Shown here: positions 22,985 through 36,164 of the stretch, one piece after another
How the letters are laid out: the number at the start of each line of letters is the position of its first letter
Numbering within the stretch: position 1 is the stretch's first letter
NCBI RefSeq assembly: GCF_048593235.1
Contig: NC_133619.1
Location: 650,606,558-650,670,557 of the forward strand
From: Sminthopsis crassicaudata
Lineage: Eukaryota
Length of the DNA stretch: 64,000 nucleotides
Reading direction: 5' to 3'
Translations under genes and position numbers: made by a program
Notes under the pieces: model-generated
Seen by the model: the letters and a program-made list of their open reading frames with translations, nothing else
Databases searched by the model: none
What the model was told of the DNA's origin: nothing

Positions 22985-24010
22985 TTTAAAATTTTATTAT
23001 AGCTTTTAAGGATATATGCATGGGTAATTTTTCAGCACTGACAATTGCAAAACCTTTTTGATGGGGGCGATAGCCCCTTTAAGATTCCTTGTCTGATCTC
23101 CAACTTCCTTTGGGACTAATCTCTGATTTACAAGATCTGGTCAAAACCCCCCTTTTGTAAGGGGAGAGCTCCTATCTGAGCCAGTTTGGGCTCGTACCAG
23201 CCCCCACCGGATCTGAGCTGGCTTGGGTTCTCAGCCCCCCTTATCTGCTCAGGTTTCCCCAAAACAGTTTCTTCCTTATCTGAAAAGCCCGCCAAGAATG
23301 TGCCCACTGCCCTAGGCTCCTTGAAGCAGATAAAAGAGCCGAGGTGGAGTCGTCCCTGGGCGGAGAACTGAAAGGTGCCAGCAGCCATGCTTTCCATCAG
23401 AGACTGTCCCACGGCTTTCGGCGCATTTCCTCCTCTATCTAATGCTTTTACTAACCAGACTTTAACCTGGCTTCCACACCCTGCAATAAACCTTTGTATC
23501 CAGCTAGGTTTTCGGGCTGTAATTTACAGGGGACTCTCGCTGCCGCCAGACCTCATTTAACTTTGTATCCTTGCGCCGAATCCTAAGGGTGGCAGGGGGG
23601 CTGCGTGGGACTCCCTGTACCCCAATCCTGCCACTAGGCCTCAATCAATCCTAATTTTAATGAGGTATAAACCTCCTCATTAGGTATTTACCTCATCACT
23701 TTTGTTCCAACTTTTCCCCTCCTTCTCCCCCTCCCCCAGATGGCAGGTAGCCCAATACATGTTCAATATGTTAGAGTATACATTAAGTACAATGTAGCGT
23801 ATCCATGTCCAAACAGCTGTTTTGCTGGACAAAAAGAATCGGACTCTGAAACAGTGGACAATTAGCCTGTGAAGTTAATCCAAAATGCAGGCGGACAAAA
23901 ATAGAGGGAATAGAATTCTATGTAGCGGTCCACACTCATCTCCCGAGTTCTTTCGCCGGGTGTAGCTGGTTCAGTTCCTTACTGCTCTTCTGGAGCTGAT
24001 TTGGTTCCTC
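22985..24010 (-). mobile_element. LINE-1 3' UTR, split by a solo LTR
   Basis: aaattttattatagctttt...ttgcaaaaccttt before the LTR continues as gttccaacttttcccctcc...agatggcagg after it. Confidence 0.85.
23059..23698 (+). mobile_element. Solo ERV LTR (640 bp) with 5-bp TSD
   Basis: Termini TGATG...CATCA; CTTTT at 23054-23058 and 23699-23703; TATA-like gataaaag ~23327; AATAAA ~23486. Confidence 0.9.
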
Positions 24011-24169
24011 TCAGCAGTTCATTTTTGTAAGACTTCCTCCCTCCCTTACCTCCCCCTTCCCCAGGACAGAGCAAGCGATCATTAGATCTATTATTAATTA
24101 GATCTATATTAATAGTTTGGATAGGCTGAAATCTTTTAAAACATATTTCTATGTGTCATGTTTTTAATT

Positions 24170-24308
24170 TCTTTTTTCTGAGGCTGGGGTTAAGTGACTT
24201 GCCCAGGATCACACAGCCAGGAAGTGCTAAGTGTCTGAGACCAGATTTGAACTCGGGTCCTCCTGAATTCAGGGCTGTGCTCTACCCACCGGGCCACCTG
24301 GCTGCCCC
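24170..24308 (-). mobile_element. WSINE1-type SINE
   Basis: ttttttctgaggctggggttaagtgacttgcccaggatcacacagcc...gggccacctggctgcccc. Confidence 0.88.
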
Positions 24309-24960
24309 CGTATTTGTCATGTTGTACAAGAAAAATCAGATCCAGAGGGAAAAGATCAGGAGAAAAATAAACGCAGCACAGAGAGTCTTCCCCCCTCCCC
24401 ATGGCTGAAATTCTTCCCCTCCCATTCTTCCCCTCCCCCTGTCTCCTGCTCCATCTGCTTCCTTCAAGGCTCAGCCTTTCCGGACCTGTCTCCGGGCGGC
24501 CTGTGCTCCTCTTCTCTGCAAACACCTTGTCTGAGCCCGGTCTTTATCTCCCTCAGCACGGGACTTCCCCGAGGTCAGAGATCGTGGGGCACTCCTTTGG
24601 CTCTTAACCCAGGGCTTGGAACCCAGTAAGCGCCTAATTAAGGCTGTTTGATGGGCTGACTGACTCTTTTTTCACCTTGTTGACTTCCCTCTGGTCTACT
24701 TCAGTATCCGCGGTGAACCACGTTCCCCTTTCGCGTCTGAACCACGGCACACTTGTGGGGGGCTCACTAAGCCACAGACGCCGCTTCCTCCCCACACGCC
24801 CCATCTGAGAGGCCTGTCTGCCGGCAGCCATCAGGCAAGGGAAGCCCCAGAGGATGTCTAGGAACCCCCGGAGCATCTCCAGCCACGAGCACCGGCCCTC
24901 GGAGAGAGAGGGGACCAGCCATGCTCACATCACAGAGGCAGCCCTTTCTAGGAAGCTGAC

Positions 24961-25716
24961 NNNNNNNNNNNNNNNNNNNNNNNNNNNNNNNNNNNNNNNN
25001 NNNNNNNNNNNNNNNNNNNNNNNNNNNNNNNNNNNNNNNNNNNNNNNNNNNNNNNNNNNNNNNNNNNNNNNNNNNNNNNNNNNNNNNNNNNNNNNNNNNN
25101 NNNNNNNNNNNNNNNNNNNNNNNNNNNNNNNNNNNNNNNNNNNNNNNNNNNNNNNNNNNNNNNNNNNNNNNNNNNNNNNNNNNNNNNNNNNNNNNNNNNN
25201 NNNNNNNNNNNNNNNNNNNNNNNNNNNNNNNNNNNNNNNNNNNNNNNNNNNNNNNNNNNNNNNNNNNNNNNNNNNNNNNNNNNNNNNNNNNNNNNNNNNN
25301 NNNNNNNNNNNNNNNNNNNNNNNNNNNNNNNNNNNNNNNNNNNNNNNNNNNNNNNNNNNNNNNNNNNNNNNNNNNNNNNNNNNNNNNNNNNNNNNNNNNN
25401 NNNNNNNNNNNNNNNNNNNNNNNNNNNNNNNNNNNNNNNNNNNNNNNNNNNNNNNNNNNNNNNNNNNNNNNNNNNNNNNNNNNNNNNNNNNNNNNNNNNN
25501 NNNNNNNNNNNNNNNNNNNNNNNNNNNNNNNNNNNNNNNNNNNNNNNNNNNNNNNNNNNNNNNNNNNNNNNNNNNNNNNNNNNNNNNNNNNNNNNNNNNN
25601 NNNNNNNNNNNNNNNNNNNNNNNNNNNNNNNNNNNNNNNNNNNNNNNNNNNNNNNNNNNNNNNNNNNNNNNNNNNNNNNNNNNNNNNNNNNNNNNNNNNN
25701 NNNNNNNNNNNNNNNN
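24961..25716. other. Assembly gap (756 N)
   Basis: Run of N; ORFs crossing it are artefacts. Confidence 1.
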
Positions 25717-27917
25717 TGAGTCATTCATGGACAAGACTGAATACACCCTGGCTCCCAGCTCAGAAAACCATCCTTGCACAGCTGCCATGTTAGATTGAGG
25801 AGTGGATGCCAAAGGGCCAACACCACCTCAAGCCCCTGCTTCTCCTACCCAAGTACCTTCATGTTGGGCACTGAGTGCCCCCCAGGCTAAAAAACTGGAC
25901 AGTAGAAAGTGCACAGCTTCTTCCAGTTCCAAATGTCCGGTATTCTAAGGACTAGAAGTGGAGGGAAGCAAGGACATCCTGGGAGTGAAATAAGTTCCTA
26001 TTGGACATGGGGTGCTGAGAGCCTGTGAAAAGAGGAGGAGTGGACCACAGCTCTCCTTGAGAGCTGACTCTTCCTGAGAAGAGTTTTCACAGAATCATCA
26101 TTTCAGATCTGGGAGAAAAATGAGGGGTCCTGACTAAACCCCCCAAACAGAAAGCCTCTCTGAAATATTATCAACCAACTGATTTATGTCTGAAAGTATA
26201 GGCATTAGCCTAGCAAAATATAACTGATACTTACATATCTAAAACAAGTCCGCCTCCATGGACTTTCCACCCCCATTCCACGTGAATATTTTCTTTTTTA
26301 TCCAGTATTTTGTCCATCAGTAAGCATTTATTAAGTGCCTATTATATGCCAGGCGCTAGGGATACAAAGAAAGGCAAAAACAAAACCCAGTTCCTGCCTT
26401 CAAGGAGTTCACAGTCTAATGGGGAAGACAAAGTGGAAACAACCTTGCATAAATAGGATAAATTGAAGGTAACCTCAGAGGAAAGGAAAGGCTTCTTATA
26501 GAAGATTGCATTTTTGTTGGAACTTGTTAAAAACCGGGGAAGCCAGGAGGTGGAGATGAGTAGGAAGAGCATCCTAGGCATGGGGAAAACACCAAGTAGA
26601 AATGGTTACTCTGGAAATGGAGGAAAAACAAGGAGACCAAAGTGGCTGGATCATAGAGTGCATGGAGGAGAATAAAATGCAAGGAGACTGGAAAAGAAGG
26701 GAGTGGGGCAAGTTCTGGAGGGCTCTGAATGTCTAACAGAAGATTTTGACCTTTCCACCTGTCTTGCCCCTATGTCATCAAAACCGCACAGCAATCTCAA
26801 TGTATCCTGGTCAAACCTGAAGAGAGAAACACTTCTCCTCCTAGTTCTGGACATTCTCAAGATCACAATAGCGCGAATTTTTTTCCCCATGAAGTCTTGA
26901 CCAACACTGAGTTTAGAATCCACAAAACAAACCTTCAAATATTTTTTGAGATAAAATGATACCTAGCTTCCCCTTCCCTCATCTCAAGATTAGTTCTTTT
27001 TAACTCAAGGCTAAGACTTAACATTTATCTCTAATTATTATCGTGAAATTATGTCCAACATTCTAATTTGAGAGATTTTAGGGGGATTCTGACTCTTATT
27101 ATCCCTCACAATTCTATGTCATTTGCAGATCTTATGACCAAACCACCAGCTAAAAAGCAGGGTGGATAGAGTACAAAATCTGAAGTCAGGAAGACAAGGG
27201 ATTCAAATCCTGAATCTGATACAAGTGTGACTTTGGACATCTTCCAAATGGAGCTGATAATAGCAGCACCTACTCATAGGGTGGCTGGAAGGATTAAATG
27301 AGGGTTTTTGTAGCACTTTGCAAAATCTTAAAGTGCATTAAAATACTGGCTGTCACCCCAATCACGTGTGCTTTGGATCAAATCATTAACAAAAATGTTA
27401 AACAGTCCTGTTCCAAGCATAGCTATCTGGGGCACTCCTCTGGAGACTCCCCTGAAATATCAGACTATTAATGATTCCTCTTTGGGTCTAACCATTCGAG
27501 CCATTCTGAATCCACCAAACCATTACTGAACCCATCTCTCTCCATTTTTTCCCTGCAAGATCATGAGAGCCTTTGCCAAATGCTCTGCCAAAACTAAGAT
27601 AGACTCTCTCTAGAGCATTGCCCTAATCAGTCACTCCAGTGTTCCTGATTTTTTTTTGGCCAAGAATACTGGCTAAATTATCTAGCCAGTTATTTTCATG
27701 TTCCATTAATATCTTTTGCCATTTTGCCAGTTTTTTTCTCTCGAGGTAGCTCTCCCACTCCACTTGCTCTCAGCAAGATTTGCTAGCAGTGCTTCCACAA
27801 TCACACCTGCCAGTTCTTTAAAGGATGTCATTCATCTGCATCAAGGATTAAAAATTCATCAAGGGCATGTGGAAAATCTCTTCCTCTCTCACCACTTATC
27901 TTGCATAGAAATTCCCT

Positions 27918-28337
27918 NNNNNNNNNNNNNNNNNNNNNNNNNNNNNNNNNNNNNNNNNNNNNNNNNNNNNNNNNNNNNNNNNNNNNNNNNNNNNNNNNNN
28001 NNNNNNNNNNNNNNNNNNNNNNNNNNNNNNNNNNNNNNNNNNNNNNNNNNNNNNNNNNNNNNNNNNNNNNNNNNNNNNNNNNNNNNNNNNNNNNNNNNNN
28101 NNNNNNNNNNNNNNNNNNNNNNNNNNNNNNNNNNNNNNNNNNNNNNNNNNNNNNNNNNNNNNNNNNNNNNNNNNNNNNNNNNNNNNNNNNNNNNNNNNNN
28201 NNNNNNNNNNNNNNNNNNNNNNNNNNNNNNNNNNNNNNNNNNNNNNNNNNNNNNNNNNNNNNNNNNNNNNNNNNNNNNNNNNNNNNNNNNNNNNNNNNNN
28301 NNNNNNNNNNNNNNNNNNNNNNNNNNNNNNNNNNNNN
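27918..28337. other. Assembly gap (420 N)
   Basis: Run of N. Confidence 1.
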
Positions 28338-29419
28338 GTGTGTACAATAGACCTTAGAAGATTCAGACTCCTGGATTAAGAGCTAGCTACGGTATAAGGA
28401 TAGGGGTATTAACTAATATCAATGGGAAACCTGACACCAAATGAATTAGGAAGAGATAGAGAATAAAATCAATGAAGATGTCACTGGATATAATCTCCAG
28501 TGCCTGACAGCATCAAGAGGTGGGAAAAAAAATCTTTTTAAGGGGGGACATACACTTTAGGGGACCACTAAAGGACTCTCTATGGTGCTCATCATTTCTT
28601 AGGAATGGATTAAGGATCACATGTTGTCTTTTCTTTCTCAGGTGGTAGGCATGGCCATTGGTTTTTCTAACTATGATTATTCTATTCTTGGCATTATAGC
28701 TACGAATTCTATTTGCAAAGTAAGCAGTAGGTGGTGCTAGCAATCAAAGCAGTTTCAATCATTAATCATCCTTCAAGCTCCAGGAATCTGGGCTTGGTCC
28801 TGGGCTGTTTAATAGGTTGAAGCTGATCTGCTCTGCTGTCCTGGGATAAAGGAAGAGAGGAAACCCTTATCCCTCCAGCAGACTTTTGCTTTAAGTCACT
28901 GCCTGGTCACATGCTAAGCTTCAGGCCAGAAATTTATTTTCTGCTTCACAAGCTCTGCAAGGTTTCAAGGTCAATCTCCACTCCCTCTTCTGAGGGAAAA
29001 AGTCAGGTCTTGTCTCATTAATATACAGCTATTTCTCACGACCATCTCAACTACATACAGAGATCATCATACTCTTTTTAAAACAGTATTTTATTTTTCC
29101 AAAGATAGGTTTCAACATTCACTTTTGCAAAATATTGTGCTCCAATTTTTTTTCCCTTTCTCCCTCCCTCTCCCCTAAGACAGCAAGCAATCCAATATAG
29201 GTTAAACCTGATTTCTTTTAAACATATTTGCCATGCTGCAAAAGAAAAATCTGATCACAAGGGAAAAAAACGTAAGAAATAAAAAGCAAGTAAATAACAA
29301 CAAAAAAGGTGAAAACACCGAGCTTTGATACACATTAGTCTCCATAGTTTTCTCCTTGGATATGGTTGGACTTTCCATCACAAAGCTATTGGAATTGTCC
29401 TGGATCACCTTATTATTGG

Positions 29420-30250
29420 AAAACGCCACGTGATGGTCAGACTCTTGACCTTGTCATCATCCACAAGTGTTTGACTGACACATTTGTGAACCTAAAATTC
29501 CTTTATCATAACATTTCATCATTTTCTTTCCCTCTATTTTACAGACGTTGACCCACTTCTTCATTCTCCTAACCCCTTGCCTTCACTAAGGAAAGACGAT
29601 TCTTTGATCCTACTTACCAAAAGATTTTCAAACCTTTTAAACAACCCTCTTTGTGACTTCTAAGGATTCTCCTCCCCTTACCCTCTCAACTGAGAATCGT
29701 TTCCTATTTTACTAAAAAAAAAAAAAAATTGAGGGCCTTCTTAAGGAGATCTCTCTTCTTTCTTCCTGATCTCACTTCACTCCAATGCTTTCTGCCATCT
29801 CTTCCTTCATCCCTCTCTCACGTAAAGAAATGGTCCTTCTCCTTGTCGAAACAAACCCCTTTACATGCATGTGGTCCCATTCCATCTTATCTTCTTTAGC
29901 AGATTTCCCATCTACATCCCCACTCTCTCACTCATCTCTCTCCCTATCTACTGGGTCTTTCCTTACTGCCTAAAATGCACCCATTTGCCCTCCATCCCTA
30001 AAAGCCTATTACTTGATGCAGCCATCAAACTATTATCACTTTTTTTTCCTAGCAAAACTCCTTAAGAGAGCCACCTAAAACAATACTTTTCCTTTAAGTC
30101 CCTTCTTAAGACTGTGCCACTTGACTTCTACCTTCATTTAACTCAAACTGTTATCAGTGGTCTCTTAATTGCAAATCTAAACCAATCCTCTTCTTTCTTG
30201 ATGTCTCTGGAATCTACATCACTCGATCATCCTCTTCTCTCTAGGTTTTA
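29420..30250 (+). mobile_element. LINE-2 ORF2 relic
   Basis: ORF 29785-29973 EMVLLLVETNPFTCMWSHSILSSL...SLSLSTGSFLTA is the same L2 segment as at 5350-5937. Confidence 0.75.
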
Positions 30251-30319
30251 ACCCAGGCTTCCTCTCTTCTGACATAGAAGTGATGGACCCAGGATGCAGA
30301 AGCAGATAGACAAGCTCGT

Positions 30320-30320
<1 letters not shown>

Positions 30321-30366
<46 letters not shown>
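30321..30366. repeat. (CA)23 microsatellite
   Basis: Direct reading. Confidence 0.98.
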
Positions 30367-30368
<2 letters not shown>

Positions 30369-30689
30369 AATTTTTTTAGCCTGACCAAAGAAGGAATTTC
30401 TTTCCTTGACTGTGCATATTTGTTACAAAGATACAAAAATGTTTCCCATTTGGGATGGGGATGGAAAAAGGGGGAGAAAAAAACAATTTTTGTATTTAAA
30501 AAAATTTTAATTAAAAAAATACTCAACTGACTCTTCTCTGCTAACTGTAATCTCTTGTTTGCACCCAAAGAACTTTGTTTGTTAAGGGAAGTTTATTGAA
30601 ATTAATTTTTTAAGAAATAAGCACCAGGATCAGATGAATATATAAGTGAATTCTACCTAACATTTCAAGTTCAACTGATTCCTATCTTA

Positions 30690-32340
30690 AAAAAACAACA
30701 ACTTGGAATAACAGGCAAAGAAGGAGTCCTACCCAAATCTTTGCGTGAAACAAAAACGAGCTGACACCGAAATCTGGAAGAGCAAAAATAGAGAAAGAAA
30801 ATTACAGACAAATTTCACCCATGTATGTGGATGTAAAAACCCTAAATAAAGTGCTAGCTAGGAGTCTACAATATGTCACAAAGGTCATATATGGTGGCCC
30901 AGGGAGATTTCCAGGAATGCAGGGATGGTTTTCCATAAGGAATATTGTGAACATAATTGATTCTAACAATAATAAAAAGTCTTTTAAAAAATCATATGAA
31001 AAAGCTTGACAAACTACAGCATTCACTCCTCTTAAAAATACTTGGAAGCATAGATATCAATGGATTTTCCCTTAAACTGATAAGAAGCATCTTCCTAAAT
31101 CACAAGCTAGATGTTTTCCCAATAGGCTCAGAAGTTAAGCAAGGATGCCCATTATCACTAATGTTATTCAATAGTCTGTTAGAAATGCCAGCAATAGTGA
31201 TAGAAGTAAAATACACCGATAGAATCAAAATGGACGATGAGATAATAAAAGGATCTCATTTTACAGACAATACGATATACTTGAAAATTCTAGAGATTCA
31301 GCTAAAAAGTTAGTGAAAACAATGAATGATTTTAGCAAAGTAACAGGATAAAAAAAAACTCACATAAATCATCAGCATTTCTAGATGTCACCAACAAGAG
31401 ATAATAAAAGACCCTCCATTGAAAAGAACTATAAATAGTATAAACTGTCTGAGAGTATACTTGCTAAGACGAGTCCAGCAACTACATGAATCTATTTCTA
31501 AAACACTTTGATACAAAGAAAGTCAAATTCAAATAACGGGAGAAATAGTCATTGGTCGCGGGGGAGTAGAGCCAATATGATAAAAACCAATCAACTTATT
31601 CAATGCCCTCCCTAATAAACTAGCAGAAATCGTTTTATCAAACTGGAAAAACAATAACAAAATCCATTTGGCATAACAAGAATGTCAAGAATACCAAAGG
31701 AATGAATGGGAAAACGTAAGGGAATGAGGTTCGACAATTCCAAGTCTTGGACTATATTTTAAGGCAATAATTACCAAAATGATCTGGTATTAAGTAAGAA
31801 ATAGAAAGGTGAATCAGTGGAACAGAATACATGGCAGTAAATGATTACAGTAAGTTTGTGCTTGGAAAATGTAAAGATTTGGGGGCCGCTAGGGGGCGCA
31901 GTGGACAGAGCACCAGCCCTGAAGTCAGGAGGACCCGAGTTCGAATCTGATCTCAGACACTTAACACTTCCTGCTGTGTGACCCTGGGCAAGTCACTTAA
32001 CCCCAGCCTGGGGGGGAGGGGGGAATGATGAGCAGGTAGATTTTAGAAAAACATGTTCAGACTTGCATGAAAAATGAAGTATAAAACGAGCAGAACCGGG
32101 GGAATATTGTACACAGTGACAGGGAAACTTCGGAAACACTGCTCCGATTGACTAAGTAAATATTTACGTCATCTCCACAAGACCGGAACTTGCTGCCCAC
32201 CTCCAGGGAAAAACCTGGTAGGCAGGAGAATGCCTGGTAGGCTTTGCACATGTAGGTGTGCACATATACACACATGCCTACATACAAATAAGCCTGTGTG
32301 TGTGTGTCCGCGGCAGACAGTGGTCTTCTCGCGTACAAGG
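30690..32340 (+). mobile_element. Degraded LINE-1 ORF2 fragments with nested WSINE1 (~31881-32015, +)
   Basis: ORFs give [15 protein letters not shown] and SEVKQGCPLSLMLFN, L1 RT motifs. Confidence 0.85.
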
Positions 32341-32589
32341 TAGGGAGGTTGGGAACTTAAAATAGAACAAAAATAAGAGTTTAAAAAGCATTTACTGAAG
32401 ACCAGTCATAAAGAGCATGATTTTTTTTTTTACAAACTAAAGAAGTTAAAATATAACCAAATCTAGCTTTTTTTAAATTAACAACTACAACTTACTTGAA
32501 AATATAAATATTAAAAAGCCTTTTATTTCTACCTCCCATAAAATATAAAGCAAGATTTCAGTCTTAGCTTGGCTAAAAAACCGCGTTTC

Positions 32590-33191
32590 TGGAAGATGAA
32601 TGGATGTCCATCAGTTGGAGAATGGTTGGGTAAATTGTGGTATATGAAGCTTATGGAATATTATTGCTCTGTCAGAAATGACCAGCAGGAGGAATACAGA
32701 GAGGCCTGGAGAGACTTACATCAACTGATGCTGAGTGAAATGAGCAGAACCAGAAGATCACTGTACACTTCAACAACAATACTGTATGAGGATGGATTCT
32801 GATGGAAGTGGATATCTTCAACATAAAGAAGAGCCAACTCACTTCCAGCTGATCGATGATGGACAGAAATAACTACACCCAGAGAAGGAACAGTGGGAAG
32901 AGAATCTAAATTGTTAGCACTACTCTCTATCTACCCAGGGTATTTATACCTTCGGAATCCAATACTTATTGTGCAACAAGAAAATGATATTCACACACAT
33001 ATATTGTATCTAGGTTATACTGTAACATGTAAAATGTATGGGATTACCTGCCATGGGGGGGAGGGAGTGGAGGGAGGAGGGGATAATTTGGAAAAATGAA
33101 TACAAGGGATAACGTTATAAAAAAATTACTCATGCATATATACTGTCAAAAAATTTATAAATAAAAATTTTTTTTAATTAAAAATAAATTT
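32590..33191 (+). mobile_element. 5'-truncated LINE-1 insertion with 14-bp TSD
   Basis: aaaaaccgcgtttc at 32576-32589 and 33192-33205 flanks an L1 ORF2 C-terminus, 3' UTR and AT-rich tail. Confidence 0.93.
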
Positions 33192-33869
33192 AAAAACCGC
33201 GTTTCCAGCTGGCTCCTGTCATGAGAACGGGTGGCCCTTGAACCTGTAACATTTCAGCCTTTTTACTTTCCCAGGTCACCACAGTTAGTCTCAGAGTCAC
33301 GTGATCTAAAAAGCCTAGGAAAACAAAGTGCCCCCGGAGCCGGAGGGTGAGGAAGAGGGACGTCTTCCCCAGACGGGGTAGCGGCCGAAATCCCTCCCCG
33401 GAGCAGGGACCGCCGGGAGGAAGGGAAGGGGAAGACAGATAAAAGCCTGACCTCCCCAGGGACTACCAGAGAAAGTAAAGAACGTCCACACAAGCGTCAT
33501 CCGGGGCCTGGAGGGAGGGTGAGCCAGTGGCTACACGTGCCTTTTTCTTCCTTTCAATTAAAACCCCACGGGGATGACTGAAGAGAAAAACCTGGGAAGC
33601 AGAGGGAAGCAGGGGTCCCTGGGAACCTGACGGGTTCTCCCTCCCTTTCTTTTCCTCCTTCCCTTTCTCCCTTTCTGCCTTCCTCCCCTCTCTTCTCTCT
33701 CCCCTCGATCTTTCTCTATCCATCCACCTCTGTGTCTGTCTCTTTCTCTCTATCCCTGTCTCTGTGTCTCTCTCACTATTTCTCTTTCCATCCCTCCCTC
33801 CCTCGCTTTTTCTCGTCTTTGTATCTCTCTTCTCTCTTCCTCTCTCTCGGGCTCTGACTCTGTCTCGGA

Positions 33870-36150
33870 GCGCGCCCCCCAGCAGATCTATGCGAGGTTA
33901 CAGCCTCCGGCGCCCGGCGCAGAGCAGCAGGACATCCCTCCCTCCCCCCGCCCCCCCCCCCCCCCGGTAGGCCGCAGGGAGTCCGCCGGGGAAGGGCTCG
34001 GGGAGCCGCGTCTAAGCCTTCCAGCCGAGGCTCCGGCTTCCTCCATCTCTCAGGAGGCGGCTTCGGGCTCGGCAGTTTCCTCGCCACACGAGCCCAGATC
34101 CCGCGCTGGCGCGAAGTGAGACTAAACAAGGCCCGGCACGTGCGGCGGCAGCGCCCGCTCCGCGGCTCGGCGCCTTCTGGCCCGGAGCTGGCCCCAGGGC
34201 CCGGCGGCGCTCGGGCACGCAGGCTCCGGGGAGAGCCGCAGAGATCGCTGAGGCGCGGGGAGGAGAAGCACTCCTCGCCCCTCCCCCATGCCCTCGGAGG
34301 TCCAATCCGCGGCCTTTCCGGCGTCCAGACTGCCTCGGACCCTCAAAGACCGGAGGGAATGTCGGGGGGAGGGGCAAGCTCGTTCGGTCCCGGGAGGAAG
34401 CCCCTCGGCAGGACCGAGCAAGGAGGAGCAAGTGGCGAGGAAAGTGAAAGGAGAACGGGCCAGGGACGGCGCGGGCGGGGGAGGGGCGAACGCTACGAGA
34501 CCCCGGCACCAAGCGCTCCTTCCCTCTTCGGGACCCCAAACGGGACGAGCCCCTTGGGGTACCGCCGCGGTCCCCGGCTGCCCGTCCCGCCCCGCGGCCG
34601 CCCCTGGGGACCCCAAACGGGACGAGCCCCTTGGGGTACCGCCGCGGTCCCCGGCTGCCCGTCCCGCCCCGCGGCCGCCCCTGGGGGTCCCAGGCTGCCC
34701 GTCCCGCCCCGCGGCCGCCCCTGGCGGTCCCCGGCTGCCCGTCCCGCCCCGCGGCCGCCCCTGGGGGTCCCAGGCTGCCCGTCCCGCCCCGCGGCCGCCC
34801 CTGGGGGTCCCAGGCTGCCCGTCCCGCCCCGCGGGCCGTCCCTGGGGGTCCCAGGCTGCCCGTCCCGCCCCGCGGCCCCGGTCCGTTCTTGGCTCTGAGT
34901 CCCAGGAATGGCACTTGTTCAAGTCTGGCAAGGACCTTGAACTTGTCTGATTTCCTCTCAGCCCACCGAGCGGTCCATCGGCGGAGCCGCGTTTAGCCCG
35001 GCCGGCCGCGGGCGGAGCGGGGAGGGAACGGAACCGCCGCGTCGGTCTGGGAGGCGCCCACGGTCCCGCTGGGAAAGACGCGCGGCGGCCCGGCGCTGCT
35101 CCGGGGCCCCGAGAGAGGCCCGGGCCTCGGGCAGATAGCCCAGAGCGCCTGTGCGGGCGGAGCGAGGGCGGCTTCCGGGTGCGGGCCCTCGACTTTTGGA
35201 GGGTCTGGAGGGACTTGGTGAATGAGAAACGGGGTCGACGCCCGAGCGCTGGGGGAAGGCTGGGACCGGCCGGCCAGCGCCGCGCCAGTCACGGGGGGAG
35301 GGGCGTCGCTCTGTGCGGGGGAGGAAGCACCGATCGGAGCTAGAGGAGGAGGAGGAACGGGAGAGGAGCGGATGAAGAGAAGCCGGACAGGGGCAGAGCG
35401 CCCGCGGGCCGAGGACCGGAGCCCTCCCGCAGGCGCCGAGCGAGGCCCGCGGGAAAAGAGTACGCGCCTTCCCTGGGACTGCGGAGGGCAAGGCGCCACT
35501 GAACTGGGAGCTGGGTCACCCTCCGCAGCCCGAGAGGGGAAAATTCTCAGAGATCTGAGTGCCGGGTGTGTGTGTCAGAGCCAGAGACAGAGATGAGAGA
35601 GACACACAGAGAAACGGAATGACAGGCAGAGACATACACACGCGGAGACTACGGAGAAGAGACTGACGGAAACGGGACTGAGAGAGGGGCCACGTCCGCT
35701 GCCCAGCTTTGCTGAGAGGTGAAAACAGACCCTTTTTGCTGAGGGAAGAACGGAGGAGCCCGCTAGGGGGCGCTGCAGGGCCCCTCCCACTGCACCAGCC
35801 GGGTGCCCGAGCGAGTCTGGGAGGTCCGCAGATCCTCGGCCCCGGGACCCGCCTGGCTCAGAACGAGCTTCGCGCTTCCCCCGGCGCCGCGGCCTGACAG
35901 CGTTTCCTTGCGGCAGCAGCGGGGAACGAGGCGCGGCAGCCTGGCCCGGGAAGGGGGCTCCGGAGGCCGAAAAGCCAACGGATTTTAAAGGAGCTGCCCA
36001 GTGGGTGACTTAGGGACGAGTCCTCCCCTAAGGAAGCGGAAGCGAGGCCAGAGCGCGGTCAGGGGCGGCCCCGCGTGCAGAGGCGCCGCCCGCAGCTCTC
36101 CCTCCGCCCGGGCCGTTCTCCCCCAGAGACGCTGGCTATGGCCCGGAAAA
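33870..36150. promoter_or_regulatory. CpG island with no assigned coding gene
   Basis: Very high GC and CpG density; long ORFs are low-complexity; E-boxes (CACGTG) at ~33298 and ~33534 just upstream. Confidence 0.6.
34530..34880. repeat. GC-rich compound tandem repeat (2 longer ~77-bp units then 40-bp units)
   Basis: Core gctgcccgtcccgccccgcgg occurs 7 times. Confidence 0.92.
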
Positions 36151-36164
36151 TAAGGCAGATAAAA

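Noticed and set aside
24854-28357. Long ORFs containing X runs
   Set aside because: Artefacts of translating N gaps
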